Assembly (NCBI RefSeq): GCF_018977255.1 | Contig: NW_024704742.1 | Span: forward strand, 36,954,001-37,018,000 | Reading direction: 5' to 3' | DNA: 64,000 nucleotides | Origin: Callorhinchus milii | Taxonomy: Eukaryota | Shown here: piece after piece, positions 52,481 to 64,000 of the stretch | Layout: every line of letters starts with the position of its first letter | Position numbering within the stretch: the stretch's first letter is position 1 | Made by a program: the position numbers and the translations under genes | Notes under the pieces: generated by a model | Databases searched by the model: none | Told to the model about the DNA's origin: nothing | The model's input: the letters and a program-made list of their open reading frames with translations, nothing else

Positions 52481-52890
52481 TTTGGTGCTGATATCACCAC
52501 ACTTAGCAATTTTTACTACCACATTCAATGACTTTTGCTATTCGAAACAGTGATCTCAAATGGTGGTTTTTGAATTCTATTCGCATGTATTCCAAATATT
52601 CCAAATGTAGTCCTGTAGCTCAGTGGTTAGAGCACTCGTCTCGCAAATGAGAGACCTGGGTTCGAGAATTACTCATTATTTCTGAGAAAGGAGGGGGGAA
52701 AAGTGTTAACTATGAAAACATTTTTTAACATAAGGACATTAAAAGACATCTGTGATATATTTCAACATATTGCCGACTGAATGTTTTCATGAAAGAGATG
52801 TTGCTGGTAAAAAATGATGATGTGAAATATATGCTTCTGGGATGTGCTCTGCAATAAGAAACAATCACTTGCGCAGGCTTGTCTGGTCTA

Positions 52891-53139
<249 letters not shown>

Positions 53140-56100
53140 TTAGGGCTTTAGAAAGAAACGCAAATCGGCAAAAGTTAAATGACGGTCCCCAGGTAAACAC
53201 TCTGTTTTCTGCACTGCGATGTGACGATAAGAGAACAAATTTGTGAAACTGGCTTGAAAGCATTGGCCTGTCATTCTCAGCTTTGTGCCATCAAAGAGAG
53301 CCATCTTTAAGGTGCATTGAGAAGTTTATGCTTTATGCAGAAAGTGAATGGCATTCCTGCTTTAATATGTGCTCAAGCCAATTTGTTGGCACATGTGGAA
53401 GCCCATCACTATGTTTAAGCATATCCAAATCAGACTGAGAGTTCCATGCATCCCATCTACACAACAAAATATAATCCTTATACGCATATGTCCAGTGACA
53501 ACACCATGCAGGCACAGCAAGTGGATATTGATAGCATCAGTGGTGGCTTATTAGCAGAGAATGACCTTGTTCATAATAAAAGTTTAAACAGCACAATGCA
53601 TATCCTCAATAGCAGCAGGTCTTACCTAGACAGAAGCAGTGTGAGAATTGAAAGCAGCTATTTATTTTCCAAGTACAACAATCTGTATTCTGTCACGTCC
53701 TTGGCCACAAATTATTGCTACCACCAGCTCTTGGTCCTTAACATTTATTCTTATGCATAACTAAATCTCATGCTTCAATTTAAATGTTGGCAGTCAGATT
53801 TCTACATTGTGAAAGAAATATTTTTTGTTTAAAAAACACAAAATTGCAGCAATGTAGTTAGAGGAACGTGAAGGAGAAATTATGTGAATGTTTAGCAATC
53901 CTTGTGAAACTGAAAGACTGAAACAGTGGTTCAGATTCCCAGTGAGAAATTTCAGGAAGTATTTCTTTACCTAAAGGATAATTAATGACTGGAACAAGTT
54001 ACCAGGAAGAGTGTTTGAGACCAGGGTGCTGGATTCAATTAAAAAACAGTTTGATGCTATAGGAAAGATGTTAGGATAAGTATTCTTGAAGAAAGAAATT
54101 AAATAGGCCAAATCTTGTGAACTTGTGTACTAAAAGTAATTTCCAAGTTTAACTCAGCTCCTATAAAAGAAAACTCCGAAAAATTGAGTTGTGTCTTGGT
54201 CCATCCCAAATGAAAGCAATGGCCAAAATCTTTCAGAAAGACTTCTGGAGCAGAAACCACGTACCAAAGCTGTAGAAATGCTTAGAACTGAAGCCAGTTG
54301 ATAAATACTTACTGAGATCCCACTGTTTTCTAACAGATGTGACATGTTCTGTAGTGTCCTAAATTTGACCCAGCTAAGTTACCAAAGTTTGTAAGAATAA
54401 TTCTTAGTTTGGTTTAGACTTGAATGATACTCCACTCCTACTGTCTCTGATACAACTAATCACCGTGACCATGCTGGGTTTGCCAGTAACTGTTACTTGT
54501 TAGTGTCTCAATTGCCAGACATTGTGACTTCTAGCTGACAATCAGCAGTGGCATCAGGAGAATGCATGAAAGACTATGAGGTCTCCCCGAACCAGCCAGG
54601 TCCAAATAAGTAAAAAAAAACAATATAGTGAGAGAGGTTGCTTTACCTCTACCACTGTTATTTAGTTACAGGGTTTTGTGCAACTGCGTGTGATATCATA
54701 CAGAATCCCATTGTGTCAAACTTATGATGGGTAGCTGCAAATTGACAACCAAAGCTGGGAGGAAACTGGCCTTTGGGAAAGTAAATCTGGTAACAGGAGT
54801 GATGCTCTGTCCTCAGAACCTCAACATGGGTGGTATTCTTTGTAGCGCTCTAAACCTGGCACAAAGAACCTGGCACCTCTTTGATCTCAAACTACATCCA
54901 CTCTATCAGATACATTCCCAAGAACTGCTGGCTTGCCACATACTCCTCTTTCCAATTTATTTTTATGTCTATTAAATCGAGCAATGCTCGATGCCCTTGA
55001 TAATGATTACAATCTAGAGAACCATCCCTGTGCAATAACACTTTTGCACTACCAAATGTGTTTTTAGCTTTACCATAATTCAAAGTAATAAATTCCACAA
55101 CACTCAAGGGTGTAAAATTGACAAAGTAGCAAGAATGGTGATGAAGCAAATCTGGAAATGCGTTATTGCTGTGCACTGGGAGTTTTATACATTCATTATA
55201 ACTCAAAATGTGCAGAGGACACAGAAAAATAAGTAACTTCTTCATTAAACACAGTATGAACTTTCAATCGGATACTTTGTAGTGATATATGAAGAATTAT
55301 TGCTGAAGACAGAAGCTGCCATAAATCCCTTGTTGCTTTTCTAGCTGTTAAGTTTGGCATTTTCAATGGAAGAGTGCTCAAAGTGAGTGCAGCTCAATTT
55401 CTTTTCCTTTAATAGTTAAAGGTGCTTATATCTAGCCAGCCCTGTGAGGTGCCATGTTGGTTCGCAAGTACTCTGTGCTGGTGGGATATGAGTTTGTGTT
55501 ACCATTCAATTAATTCCAATCTCAGCCAGGTTAACTGGGGGGAGGAGTGGTGCTAAATGGATTACAACACACTTCTTCACTACACAGAAATGTTCCAGGT
55601 AGTTAAGTTTAAATCTCAATGGGCCTCTCAGCCCTTCACCATTTTGTGGTTGATAATAGTGAAGTAGGTAGGGTCTCCCTGGGGTTGAACTAGCTCTGAG
55701 AGGGACACTTGGTAAACTTTGGCAGGGCCGCAGACATGCAAAGCATTCTTGATAGTTCACTTGCCTATCTAGCTTACGGAGGTGTAAACATGCCCTCTAC
55801 CATACAAGTTAAACATAAGGCATTGTGTTTGGGCATTCCTAGTAGAAGTAGAACCATGTTATGGGATTGTCAATATATGTGCATACTTATATTCACAAAT
55901 GCCTCGATAATTTTCCTTCAGATAAGTGCTATTCAAGTCCATTCAACCTTTGTCACCTAGAGAAGCTACAATGGTCTGGGTTGTATATCTAGTCACTATC
56001 AGTGTTATAGAATTTGATCAGGCAATTTTTTTAAAATTCCCTATGAAATGTGACAATTCACTGCTGCTCAATACATAATGTAGAAGTCTGTTTGGAGAAT

Positions 56101-56326
56101 GACAAATTTATCTGACCAGCACATCAGATTATGCGATAGTCAACTATGGGATTCGAACACACACCATCCAGTTGGGTTCATAAAGCTCCCATTGTTGCTT
56201 TGTAACTCTTAAATCTGGCAATTACAGTGGAATAGTCTTCCGTGGAAAGTGCAACTCAATTTCATATCCTTAAGAGTGTTCTACCTTCGGATAAGATTAC
56301 CTTTAAATAAGGTCATTGCAGTATTA

Positions 56327-56728
<402 letters not shown>

Positions 56729-58061
56729 TTACAGTGGTGAATAAGTGAGCAACTAGTAATAATGCTGACAGCGATTAAGCCAATCCCAGTCTTCATATCA
56801 CTAATTCATATTAACTGCTTGGAAAATTAGGTGTACAAATGTTCTCAATAAATATTATTTTGCCTAGGGATTTAAAATATCTTTCTGAACATTATATATG
56901 CGACATGAAAATGGCCATAATAACATTGATACAAAATAATACCAAATATTAATACTTGAATTTTACACTTGCTATCAATCATTAAACATGGTCTGCAGAA
57001 AATGGGAGGTATGCAGGGTCTCCTTGGGGCTGAATTGACTTGACAATTGGATGTCAGAATCAAACCAATGCTTTGCAGCAGTCCTGACAGTCCGGTTCCT
57101 GATCCAGGTTGGTCTGCACTCCACGGCAATGCAGATGACACACCAGACAGCCTGAATTAGGAGTAGAACCAGGAGGGAAAAACCAATGCTTGGGGGTAGG
57201 GAATCTTCCAACTCAGCTCCTGTTAACTCTGCAAGCCAAAGCCCTAATGGATAAGATGCTCCTGCTTAGACGGATAGTGGGAAGCTTGCCAGACAGTGCT
57301 CAAAAATGGCAGGCTCTAGGGCTTTAGCTGATTAAACTTCAGCAATGCACACTCGGGGGACCCGAAGTCTTGACTCTTGCCAATCTAGGTCTAATACAGG
57401 GAGTGAGTAAGCATTCCATTCTACTTCCATGTTTGGGTGGCATATATATGCAGAACTTTCAGTCTGGATTAAATACTCAAAGCATCCCAATGGGTTTCTG
57501 CACACTTCATACGCCCAGTGACAAAAGGATTTTATTAACCATGCCATTCAAACCATATCATGCTTCGTATAAGACCCTACAAAGGATGGATTTTCTAAAA
57601 GTCATTCACGGTTTAAATTATAGGACTTCAAAATGTCAATGGCTTGGTATGTAAAGAAACAAATTTGAATAATACAGTACTTGTATTTGATAGAGAGCTT
57701 CATATTGCCAAAGCATCTCACAGCACCTCATGCTGTCTTACATGATTTTTGCAGTGTTAGATGCCTGTTGTGTAGGAAACTACATCAGTTAATCTATGCC
57801 AACACTGGCTCCCAGGACTGAGCTGAATGATCAATTCATCTGCTTTTTGGTGAATGTGGATGAGGGAGTATTGTTCACTAGCGCTCCATGCTCTTCTTTT
57901 CAAATAGGGCCTTCTTAAAACCCTCTAAAACTGCAAGAAGAGGTAGACAGGCCCTCTGTTTAACATCTCATTTGAAGAACGGCACCTCAAACAACGTGGC
58001 ACTCACAAGGTCACACCCTCCACAACCTTCAAACACCGAGGCACGAACAATGTTACTAAAT

Positions 58062-58438
58062 AATTATAATAATCCTTGCATTTGATATAGCACTTTTCAC
58101 GTATTTTAGATGTCTCAAAGCGCTTCACAGAATATGCTGTAAAGTGAATTGACTTTATATTTTGTGGGTGAAACGCAGCAGCCAATTGCACACAGCAGTG
58201 GCCCACAAACAGACGTGGATTGAGTGACCAAATTATTATTGTTATTTTTTCAATAGGGATTATTACTCCTGGAAAAGCGATCCACCAATTGACTAACATC
58301 TGAGTTCCTACTTAATGCTAGGTAAACAGAGGCATGTGGAGTAAGGAAACTTGCCCAACATTTAACCCTGCGGGGAATCAAACCCAGGTCCTCTCGCTTG
58401 AAGGCGAGTGTTCTAACCACTGAGCTACAGGACTCCGC
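58062..58438 (-). mobile_element. SINE, long subfamily, full length
   Basis: colinear with 3386-3746. Confidence 0.87.
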
Positions 58439-58759
58439 ATGAGCCCAAGTGCCACTTGGGTTAAACATTTAGTGTTCTACATCAGAATTTTCATGTTTAA
58501 CTCTTGACTCCCCTGAAGCACAATAATGTGATAGCCTGAATTGTATTGCAGCAAAGCAATGTCCAAACAAGTTTTGTTCGTGGCTCCCTCTGGTGGACAA
58601 TGACACTGATCGCCCTAGTATCAGAATTTTCAGAGAAATCATTAAAACACGCTAGTAATACCTCGTCATTTAAAATGTATTGTGAATAGTTTACTGAATA
58701 GTTCAACTCTGCAAAAAATATATGGGAAATTCTACCTGGGTCCAGATTGACTAGCATAG

Positions 58760-58915
58760 CATAGATGTATTTAAGGGGAAGCTGGATAGGTACATGAGCG
58801 AGAAAGGAATAGAAGGTTATGCTTGAAGGCTTAGTTAAGGAAGGGCAGGAGGAGGCTCATGTGGAGCATAAACACCGGCATAGACCAGTTGGGCCGAATG
58901 GCCTGTTTCTCTCCT
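58760..58915 (+). mobile_element. CR1-type LINE 3' UTR fragment
   Basis: ends ataaacaccggcatagaccagttgggccgaatggcctgtttct; highly similar inverted copy at 62020-62166, weaker copies near 28430-28570 and 59830-59950. Confidence 0.65.
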
Positions 58916-61900
58916 TTATACTCTAATGTAATGTACTATATTTCCGTTGCATCCTCTCGGAGTCTGGAAACTGTCAAATTGTTAAATTTGGTCTTAACTT
59001 TGAAGTGTTTTTTCTGTAGCTTCTTAAAAGAACTTGAAAAACATTGGCTTCAAAATTAAGGATGTATCATAAGTGTGTCAAATTCTAGACATTGTAAACT
59101 ACTACATACATAGAGTTCAGCTCTATTGACGCTAGAGAGTGAAGGCGAGGGTAATCCTGTAAACACTTTAATTGCACTATAGTCAGTGATTCAACTTCTG
59201 CTCTCTGGAACTCTAACTTGGAGTCCATCTGACTCGTTCCTTCCTTCCCTTCCCTCATTCAAGGCCCGTCGCAAAACACATGGACCTCTTTAACCATGTG
59301 TTCGATCATCTCGAAGACGTCTAAAAGACATGAAAAGCACTATATCAAATGTAGGAAATGTAGGAATTATTATTATTATCTTTCCCCTCCCCACTCATGG
59401 CTTCTACGCCCAGCTCGGGTTCACTTTGCATTATATTCTGTGAAGCGCTTTGAGACGTCAAGAAGATGTGAAAAGCGCTATATCAAATGCAAGGATTATT
59501 ATTATATTAACTGTTTGTTAAAGTAAGTTAGTTGTAAGTTAGTTTACTCACTCATATCTGTACCTTTAAGCAGCTTTAACACTAACTTAAATATCAGTTT
59601 TTATTTATGGCTTTTAAATCTTCCCTAAACATCTCTATAAGCTGTTAGCATAAAATTGGTCACTTAATCAACGACTGTTTGTGAGACACTGCCATGCGCA
59701 ATTGTCTTTCATGTTTCGCCCACAAAATATAGTCAATTCACTTTACAGTATATTCTGTGAGTTACTTTGAGATGACTCAACTACGTGATAAGGTGTTATA
59801 TCAATGCAAGGAATATTATTATTATTAGCAAACATGATGGAGAAGGAAATAGAGAAGTATGGGAGAGGGGATTAGGACGGGTGGAGGTTTATGTAGACTA
59901 TAAACACCGGCACGGTGGTGGGCTGCATGGCTTGTTTCTGTGCTGTAACTTTCTATGTGATTCTATGTAAAAGGGTCAAATGTCAATTTGAAAAGCAGGT
60001 TCATTGCAAACAGATCCAGATTCAAGTCTGTCAAATTCCAATGACTGACTACCCTCATGTTGTGTTTTCAGTTGATACTCAGTTTTGTAGACAATGCTAC
60101 TCGCTGATCAGCATCGAGAATGGAAGAGGTTACCAATCTGCATCAGGCTCAGTGGATGCAGTTAAGCTGATTCAGTGCTAAAATCTTCCATATTAATATT
60201 CACAGTGAATGCTGGCTGGCAGAAACACATAGGAGCTCAAGGCTAATGAGAGGATATAACTACCCTCGGTTCAGTGATCCTGTGTTGAATACCAGACTCC
60301 TAAGGGCATTTCTCCTGTTGGTGGAGAATAATGTTGAGATTGTAATTTATTGTATAGGTCAGATGACTTATATAAATGAACTTGTTTGATTGTTAGATGG
60401 AGTGTGCTTTTGATCTCTTCTGTTGTCTCTCTACCGAGTGCATTTTTAGTTGTACAGAAAAATCCTCTTACGTTTGTTTCTAGATTTTCACTTCTGAAAT
60501 ATTTGACCCTTTTTTGTAACCCTCTTCTGCCTGCTGTTACCTGCTCCACACTTACCATTTATCAGGTGAGTGAAGTATTGAATTTTCCATCTATTAGTGC
60601 CATGGAAATTTCCACACCTGTCAATAATATCTACATGTGTCCAGCCTGACCTCGCACAACATCTCGCAAAGATCACAAGTTGAGGAAGATAATAAATAAA
60701 TAACAATCTTTACATTTGATATAGCACCTTCCACATCAGGAGGATATCTCAAAGTTCTTCACAGGATTTAATGTTAATGTTACATGCATTTGTAGGCAAA
60801 TATGACAGCTAATTTGCCTCAAACAGCTAAGCAGTGAATGACCAATTTTATTTGGGGGATTGTTGGCCAGGACATCGGGAGAAAGTCCCTTCTCTTTTCG
60901 AGGAGTATCATGGAATATTTAACATCCATTTGAATAGGCAGGTGGGACCTTGGTTTAACGCCTCATCCAAAGGATGGATTTAATAGAAAAAAGACATAAC
61001 ATACCTTAACAAAAGTAATCAAATACTTAAGATGTTCCAGTTAAGATGAAATTATTGCAATAAAAACTTATGTTAAAGTGTTCCAATTGGTGCTGTGGTG
61101 GTCTTATTATGGTACCCAGTTTTCCACTGCGTTTAATGCAACTGAATTTAAACTGCGTGCTTAAATTAAGAGGCATGTGTGTAAACTTGTGTTCTTTGTA
61201 AAGTTGTGCCACAGTACATTGGCCTGGTTCCACAAATATTTCTCTGAAACTGTGGCTTCTTAGTGCAGGTAGTTTCTGACTGTTTCCAGCTGAACCAGAT
61301 TATCCACAACTCCACAGACTATCCTTTACTGCACCAAGCTCCTCATCACCCTCATCTTTGCTAGGCTCCTTTGACTCCTATTTCTCTAGTCAACTGACTT
61401 TAAGATCTTTATTCGAACCTTGAAATGCCTCAGTGCCCTTGCTCACCTTATTTCTGCAATCTCCCGAGGACCTGCTGCCCACCCATTCCCTCTGTTGTGA
61501 TATCTCAATCATTGGTAAATAAACTTTCAGCCACTTTGCCCCTGTTCTGTGAAACCCTCTTCCTGCATCTCTGCCTCACACCTTCCCTCTCCACTCTCAA
61601 ACCCAACTAAAAGACTAGCTCTTTGTGCCTTCAGTCACCTCCCTCCTGCCTCCTCTGACCTCCCGCACCTCCTGCCCTCCTCAGTCTTCCATTTTGAGAC
61701 ATTTTCCTAAATAAAATGAGCTATATGTTGTTGCAGTTTGTTCCAGAACTATCAAATACAGCCCCACAATGATACCCTTTTACATTTGACATTTTTTGAA
61801 TAACAGTGTTTACTTGAAAAATAAAAATGCTTACTATGGAGATGGGCTTAGGTTAGGAATCATGAGTACTATAACTTATTGATATTTTTCCTTAATTTCA

Positions 61901-62019
61901 GTGAGTTTTTTAAAAAAAATTCAAATGATCAAATTGTTGCAAACGCTGTATAAGAGTTGATGCAAAAGATATCGAACACAGAATTCCAGGGACTTGATAT
62001 ATTAGAATACTTTATAGTA

Positions 62020-62166
62020 TACAGCACAGAAACAGGCAATTCAGCCCAACTGGTCTATGCCGGTGTTTATGCTCCACATAGCCTCCTCCTGCCCTTCCTC
62101 AACTAAGCTTTCAAGCTTAACCTTCTATTCCTTTCTCCCTCATGTACCTAGCTTTCCCTTAAATAC
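62020..62166 (-). mobile_element. CR1-type LINE 3' UTR fragment
   Basis: reverse complement of 58765-58915. Confidence 0.65.
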
Positions 62167-62220
62167 TTTTATTTTCTTTAAAAATAAAGTGTTATTTTAG
62201 CATAAAGTACTTACATTCAA

Positions 62221-62570
62221 ATAAATAATAATATTAATAATAATCCTTGCATTTGATATAGCGTTTTATTATGTCTTTCAGACGTCTCGAAGCACTTCAC
62301 GGAATATACTGTAAAGTGAATTGACTGTATATTTTGTGGGCAAAACGTGGCAGCCAATTGCACACACCAGTGTCCCACAAACCTTCATCGTTGAGCGACC
62401 AAATTATTATTATTATTTTTTTGAAGGAATTATTATCCCAAGAAAAGCAATCTGCCAATCGATTAACAATCGTCTTCTACTTACTGCTAGAACATGTCGC
62501 CCTGCCGGGAATCAAACCCAGGTCGCTCGCTTGGGAGGCGAGTGCGCTAATCACTAAGCTACAGGACTGT
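62221..62570 (-). mobile_element. SINE, long subfamily with internal deletion
   Basis: head, partial central segment, tail. Confidence 0.82.
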
Positions 62571-62643
62571 ACATATTAAGTTATAGCAAAGCCTATTTGC
62601 TTTTATGCGAATCTATTATTCCTACGGTAAAGTAGATGTCTTA

Positions 62644-62868
<225 letters not shown>

Positions 62869-63072
62869 TCACATCTTGTAATATGTAATGATTGATAGAT
62901 GGAAGGGAAAGTTAAAGATTCATGAAAACTGTAGATACAATAAAAGACTCATATTTATATCATAATCCACATTACCCCTGCCCTTTGCCACTGTGTATAC
63001 ACAGGGGCTGATTCTCTGATTCTTTCTACATTTACTGACCTTCACAGTGTGAGCTTGGCTCTTTAGTAGGAA

Positions 63073-63310
63073 AATGATTGAGAATATTGTATGCAAATCT
63101 ATCAATGCTCTTCCAAAGACGCTATAAGGAATAGTCCAAATGGATTATAATAATCCTTACATTTGCATTTTTTCCCTTCTAAAATGATAATCCTTACATT
63201 TGCATTTTTTCCCTTCTAAAATGATTCTGACTCCATTCAGCCTATTCCTTGTAGATTCTATTCTCTTCAGATAAGCATTGATAGATTCTCATATAATATT
63301 CTCATGCATT
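63073..63310. repeat. Fold-back element with about 75-bp imperfect arms and an internal perfect 37-bp tandem duplication
   Basis: arms 63073-63144 and 63232-63310; unit ataatccttacatttgcattttttcccttctaaaatg at 63150-63186 and 63187-63223. Confidence 0.75.
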
Positions 63311-64000
63311 TCCCCACTCCAAAGCCCATTATAAGGTCATGATTTCAAAGTCAGGAAATGTACTGAGGATTGGAGAATTAGCCCTTATACTTTATATACA
63401 ATGAAACAATGGTCAGGTCTGTGTTATAATTTTGTCATGGAATGAGCTTGGGATGATCATTAACTATTGCTTGTAACAATAGTGAAATGTCGTGGAAACA
63501 AACTACTTTTATTTTGCTCTAGTTTTAAAATAACTTTACTTTGGTGGAAGATTTTAAAAAAGTTTTGGCTACATATGAAGATACAGTTAGCAACGGAAAT
63601 GTGAGGGTAAGAAAGATCAGGGCTTATATTACTGAAGAATGATGGTTATAATGTTATAGGCATGAAAAAGTGACACCTGATCACGATGATAATTATCACA
63701 TCAAATATAATAAACACCAATAGTTATCATAATTAAGAATCATTTGAAGAAGGCCCTTTAGCTCATTTAATCTCATCCTTCCAGAGTCCCTCCCTACTAT
63801 CTTTCAATTAAAGCACCAAGTGGTTTCTTAAATTCGTTCAACATACTGACCTCAAATACTCTTCCTGATAAGCTGTTCCAGTTGTTAATTACCTCTGGGT
63901 AAAGAAGGACTTTTCTTTTCCAACCTCTTGTTCTGCTGCCTTGGTGCATCCAAAAGTATTGTTCTGAGTTTACTTTCTCAATCCCATTTAAAATCTTCCA

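Overview
Eukaryotic (vertebrate) genomic DNA, most likely from a cartilaginous fish or chimaera, judging by the L2/CR1 LINE and Deu-type SINE landscape (inference). It contains the 3' parts of two convergent, intron-containing genes. ARHGAP24 (RhoGAP, + strand) has 5 coding exons at 12070-21322. MAPK10/JNK3 (- strand) has 9 coding exons at 62809-32442, including a mutually exclusive pair. No prokaryote-type system (CRISPR, operon) is present, and most of the ORF track is repeat-derived noise. The most interesting signals are three RNA-level mechanisms in MAPK10: (1) two intact 72-nt mutually exclusive exons, both ending in U12-type GTATCCTT donors, making the intron between them a U12/U2 hybrid, with Nova/Rbfox-type motifs beside them; (2) the 5-nt tandem acceptor giving short and long C-termini; (3) a TGA-CTAG stop-readthrough context with a 14-codon extension. 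All three are known in mammalian JNK genes, so the interest is their deep conservation rather than novelty. The introns hold about 25 SINE copies or fragments sharing a 3' tail with L2 LINEs, a young near-intact L2 RT fragment, two MITE-like fold-back elements, nested insertions and a locally templated 46-bp insertion. I did not find a convincingly new biological system. Repeat boundaries are approximate (read by eye); exon boundaries were checked against splice sites and reading frame.
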